Shown: piece by piece, positions 27,089 through 30,403 of the stretch
Position numbering within the stretch: the first letter of the stretch is position 1
Layout: every line of letters starts with the position of its first letter
IMG/VR virus record: IMGVR_UViG_3300014073_000001
Strand: one strand, 5' to 3'
DNA from: an uncultured virus (IMG/VR IMGVR_UViG_3300014073_000001)
Taxonomy: Duplodnaviria > Heunggongvirae > Uroviricota > Caudoviricetes
Length of the DNA: 30,403 bases
Made by a program: the position numbers and the translations under genes
The notes under the pieces: model-generated
What the model was told of the DNA's origin: nothing
The model's database searches: none
What the model saw: the letters and a program-made list of their open reading frames with translations, nothing else

Positions 27089-27097
27089 ATTAAGTCC

Positions 27098-27137
27098 AAA
27101 AAGAAAAGCAGCACCTAAGATTTCTCTAGGTGCTGCT
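27098..27137 (-). terminator. Intrinsic terminator after the 363-aa gene
   Basis: Perfect 11-bp stem AGCAGCACCTA / TAGGTGCTGCT followed on the minus strand by TTTCTTTTT. Confidence 0.8.
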
Positions 27138-27164
27138 GTATTGGAGCAGATTAATCGACGAACT

Positions 27165-28256
27165 TTAAATCTCTACTTTATTAGTATATCTATCTAACTC
27201 GACTCCAAATACTCTCCCTGAAGAGGAAGATAGGTAGGGCTGCTGCTTGTACTTCGAACGTATCTTAGCAGATTCGACGAATGAGATGTTCTCTTGTGTA
27301 TAACCACCATCTAATGATATAAATGTTCTTTTTACGCTTGTTCGTTGATAAGCTTCTTTAAAGATTTGCACTGAAAAGGAACCACTTAATACGCCTGCTG
27401 CTAACCTAATAGTAACAGTATTATCTCCAGAGGCTAAATCATTATAATCCACGCTCAAACAAACATTTTGATCTGTAATAGGTACACCTATTTGTTTTTC
27501 ATCCCCGTTTATAGATAAAGTAGCTTGTACATTACTTAAAGCGTCAAAGTCTTCGATAAGCGCTGTTATCTTTACTGGAGATGTATTCGTATACACATGA
27601 GTAGGTGTCACTTTTATTGGCGTAGCGTAGATGCTAGGTTCTGTTACTATTAAAATTGGCCTGAAGCCAGTGGAAGCTACTGATAAAGCAGAAGTTACAC
27701 CATATGAAAATCCAGATATCCCGCTATACCCTCTTACTACACGGTTAGAAGCATCATAACTAGTAGACGTCCATGACCAAGCACCTGAAGGGAACCATGT
27801 ATTTGTATCTCCTGCTGTTATTGTGCCACCCAAATTAGACTCTACTATAATTTTAGTCCATTCATTGTCTACATCAGTAGAATTGATACCGCCAGTTACT
27901 AATCTAATCACATATTCATCAGATTTACCGTCTATAGTAGTAGGAACACCTGATCCACTCGCTACGCCAGCTGTATTCAATGTATCCCATGATATCCCGC
28001 ATTGAATATTTCTGTCGGCTATAAATTTTTTATTTCCAAGTCTATCGTATCCTACTAGTATAAATTTAAAATATCCATTTGGTGTTTGAGATGGTGACGA
28101 TGGTAATGTTAATCCAGTTACACTTCCATCTGAATAGCCTACACCTAATTCTTTAAATATCCCATATGTATTTGCTGTTAAAGCAGTATATTTACACCAT
28201 ACATAATCTCCTGCTGTGACTGCTTGCCAAACAGAAGGTTTGCATACTAATGCCAT
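27165..28256 (-). CDS. 363-aa protein: C-type-lectin-like (GFRP) head, Ig-like domain and shared tail
   Basis: IADRNIQCGISWDTLN...IRLVTGG...NEW...WSWT...RVVRG...GFRPIL, then KVTPTHVY...KEAYQRTSVKRTFISLDGGY. Confidence 0.78.
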   Translation of the reverse strand: MALVCKPSVWQAVTAGDYVWCKYTALTANTYGIFKELGVGYSDGSVTGLTLPSSPSQTPNGYFKFILVGYDRLGNKKFIADRNIQCGISWDTLNTAGVASGSGVPTTIDGKSDEYVIRLVTGGINSTDVDNEWTKIIVESNLGGTITAGDTNTWFPSGAWSWTSTSYDASNRVVRGYSGISGFSYGVTSALSVASTGFRPILIVTEPSIYATPIKVTPTHVYTNTSPVKITALIEDFDALSNVQATLSINGDEKQIGVPITDQNVCLSVDYNDLASGDNTVTIRLAAGVLSGSFSVQIFKEAYQRTSVKRTFISLDGGYTQENISFVESAKIRSKYKQQPYLSSSSGRVFGVELDRYTNKVEI

Positions 28257-28297
28257 ACTATTTGACCCCCTTAATACCTATTATATTAAAGTTAATA

Positions 28298-29968
28298 TTA
28301 ATACCATAAATTGTTCTGTTTTTTATTATCGACATATTCTATCACCGGTCTAAATCCAACATATTGATTACCTGCCCAAGTTGCACCATTGAATAAATCA
28401 TCATCCGCCGCTCCCCTTTCAACTCTTGATGAGTTAGACCCTAAAAGTCCATCTGGCCTCTTCAATCCATTAGCTGGGGTTTCTCTACACCATGAATAAT
28501 ACGATCTATTCCATATCGTATTATCGCCAGGAACTATCTTTCCATTTAAATTAGAGTGCATTACATATTTATCCCATTCATTACTAGGAGGCCATGCCCC
28601 TAAAGGCCAGCCATTTGAAAACTGAATGGATGATTTTGAACCTCCATCGCTCCCTATATATGAATTACCTCCAGAAAGAGAACGAATTATCATATCTTTA
28701 TTTAAAAATAATATAGATGAGGTACCATTATTGTATAAATTTAATGTATAATATTCAAATTCTATAGTTGCGTTTGTTGTTGATTTTGTTGCATAAACTT
28801 GTTGGAACACAGGACCTCCCCAATTAGAGCCGATATAAGCTATTGAGCCATAATATATTAATTGCCTATCTATGTGTATAACAAGTTCTCCGGTTTCTTT
28901 ATTACCATATATCTGAATATCCTTATTTATAAGATCTCCGTTATATACTATTATTGAACCATTTGAAATAGAATTTCTTGAGATAGACATACCTATTATA
29001 TTATTCGTAGTAGTAGTATTATGATGCAAATATAATCCTAAACTGGCCATTGTAATTTGTTTGAATTTAAATTTTAAATAAAATGATGATACGTTATTAT
29101 TTATATTAATAGATCTATTCCATTGCCCAGTTCCAGCACTTGAACTTCTTCCAGTTACCTGTAGGCTAGAACTAGAAACCAGAGTAAAATTACTAGTATA
29201 ATTATTAGATGATAATAGGCCAGAATTACTTCCTGAATAATAGGTATCATTGCTGCCATATCTACCTTCTATATATTTAGCAGCATTTATTGCATTCCAC
29301 GATATAGTCGATTGTATCATTCTATCGGCTATTAATAATCCTTTATCTGCTTTAATGAAATAAAATAAACCATTAGGAGTCACAGAACCTAATACTGGTA
29401 TTTCGTTAGAAATGCCAGTTCCCAGTTGACTGAAATAACCAATAGCTCTACTAGTTCCCGCAGTATATCTACATGGAATACAATCCCCTATTTCCATATC
29501 ATCTATAGAAGTTTTTTGTGCTAATATGGGATGCAACAAATAGCCAGTACTGTCTATGTCTATAGCATCTAGAGTTAATAATGCTCCGCCATTTAATTCA
29601 TTACACACTATTTCTACCTTATGCTCATTTAATGCTAAACCAAGAATCTCGTAATGGAGTATAATTTTATTTTGAGTTCCGTATGTAGTATATGTTCCAG
29701 AAAGCACACCATCAACATATACTTCTAAAAAAATAGTCGAAGATCTGTCTTCTGTATATCTATCGGATAATATTCTAAATTTAGTACCATAAAACTTAAA
29801 TATAATTTTTCCAATAGTATCGACTTGAATATAGCTCATTGTAGAATTATAATATCCAGTGCCTATTTTACTAATGCCAATTCCATCATATTTTATTCTA
29901 CTATCTTGATCATCATATCTTCTCCATCCGGATTCGGGCGCTGTTAATGCCTGCCCTATAGTCGCCAT
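28298..29968 (-). CDS. 556-aa protein: N-terminal beta-sandwich plus C-type-lectin-like (GFRP) domain with a ~190-aa inserted domain
   Basis: MATIGQALTAPESGWRRYDD...FYGTKFRI...LDAIDID; IADRMIQSTISWNAIN...[insert]...IRSLSGG...NEW...YSWC...RVERG...GFRPVI. Very AT-rich. Confidence 0.8.
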   Translation of the reverse strand: MATIGQALTAPESGWRRYDDQDSRIKYDGIGISKIGTGYYNSTMSYIQVDTIGKIIFKFYGTKFRILSDRYTEDRSSTIFLEVYVDGVLSGTYTTYGTQNKIILHYEILGLALNEHKVEIVCNELNGGALLTLDAIDIDSTGYLLHPILAQKTSIDDMEIGDCIPCRYTAGTSRAIGYFSQLGTGISNEIPVLGSVTPNGLFYFIKADKGLLIADRMIQSTISWNAINAAKYIEGRYGSNDTYYSGSNSGLLSSNNYTSNFTLVSSSSLQVTGRSSSAGTGQWNRSININNNVSSFYLKFKFKQITMASLGLYLHHNTTTTNNIIGMSISRNSISNGSIIVYNGDLINKDIQIYGNKETGELVIHIDRQLIYYGSIAYIGSNWGGPVFQQVYATKSTTNATIEFEYYTLNLYNNGTSSILFLNKDMIIRSLSGGNSYIGSDGGSKSSIQFSNGWPLGAWPPSNEWDKYVMHSNLNGKIVPGDNTIWNRSYYSWCRETPANGLKRPDGLLGSNSSRVERGAADDDLFNGATWAGNQYVGFRPVIEYVDNKKQNNLWY

Positions 29969-30036
29969 ATTTACATCTCCTATTAATTAGTAGATAAAGA
30001 CCATTCCACTCTCCTTAGCTACAATAGTCATTAATA

Positions 30037-30059
30037 TATTACTGCCAAAAGCAAGCTTA
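30037..30059 (-). promoter_or_regulatory. Promoter-like motif TAAG-N13-GTAATA upstream of the 556-aa gene
   Basis: Minus strand ATAAGCTTGCTTTTGGCAGTAATATA, immediately after a terminator. Confidence 0.6.
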
Positions 30060-30072
30060 TTAAGATTCAAAT

Positions 30073-30104
30073 AAAAAACAGCATCGAGAAAGATGCTGTT
30101 TTTT
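30073..30104 (-). terminator. Intrinsic terminator (symmetrical, possibly bidirectional)
   Basis: AAAAAACAGCATC-GAGAAA-GATGCTGTTTTTT directly after the stop codon. Confidence 0.8.
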
Positions 30105-30403
30105 TATGCGTGGTTAGCCGTCGCATATAATTTTAATGCGTTTTTACCAATCGCCTGTTCTTGATCCGCTCGCGCTTTAATGTATATCGTATATGTATCG
30201 CCATTCCCTAATATTACCGGTAGTGTAATTGAAATACGCTTATCAAACCCTTCCTTTGTTAAGCTTAATTCGATTACAGTATCTTCATTGGGATCACTAC
30301 TAATAACTATATCTTTCAGAAGCATACCTGTTGTATTTTTTATAATAACGGGTTTTACCTCTGAACTCTGTCTTATCAAAAAGCTGCCTAAATCCAATGC
30401 TTT
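30104..30403 (-). CDS. 3' end of a gene extending beyond the window; third copy of the LD(F/L)G...N C-terminal domain
   Basis: The frame is open to the window edge (KALDLGSFLIRQSSEVKPVIIKN...ELS...F...IYIK...LYATA) and parallels the ends of the 964- and 666-aa proteins. Confidence 0.8.
   Translation of the reverse strand, partial: KALDLGSFLIRQSSEVKPVIIKNTTGMLLKDIVISSDPNEDTVIELSLTKEGFDKRISITLPVILGNGDTYTIYIKARADQEQAIGKNALKLYATANHA

Noticed and set aside
264..28005. Numerous plus-strand ORFs of 60-193 aa and short alternative-frame minus ORFs in the track
   Set aside because: They lie largely within longer minus-strand genes that have RBSs and paralog support, and they show no recognisable motifs. 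They are shadow ORFs.
27165..29968. A complete diversity-generating retroelement
   Set aside because: No reverse transcriptase and no near-identical TR/VR nucleotide pair are visible, and the intergenic gaps are short.
1..30403. Definitive prophage, tailocin or contractile injection system call
   Set aside because: I recognise no hallmark gene (terminase, capsid, portal, sheath, tube, tape measure, baseplate J, holin, integrase). Phage origin remains possible but cannot be shown from this window.

Overview
All credible genes in this 30.4 kb window lie on the minus strand: 24 CDS, with the first and last cut by the window edges. Strong GGAGG/GAGGTG ribosome-binding sites suggest a Bacillota host or a large element (jumbo phage, megaplasmid) of such a host. 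The proteins are beta-rich, modular and adhesin- or fibre-like, and I see no signal peptides or cell-wall anchors. They include six tandem GLUG-motif paralogs, a SPRY-containing hub protein, a DNRLRE/CBM96-like protein with about 29 short beta repeats, a beta-helix protein, two C-type-lectin-like (GFRP) proteins, coiled-coil fibres and small conserved hypotheticals. Unrelated heads are repeatedly joined to a few shared C-terminal modules. A stand-alone 151-aa protein resembles the C-terminal domain of three larger proteins. I infer a mix-and-match, cytoplasmically assembled fibre or appendage system, either a phage tail-fibre apparatus or a spore/cell appendage. I recognise no capsid, sheath, tape-measure, recombinase or reverse-transcriptase gene. 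A TA(A/G)G-N12-14-GTAATA promoter-like motif recurs five times. An apparent 1.6 kb insertion bounded by GATTAT splits one adaptor gene in frame. Domain calls come from motif recognition by eye, not database searches.
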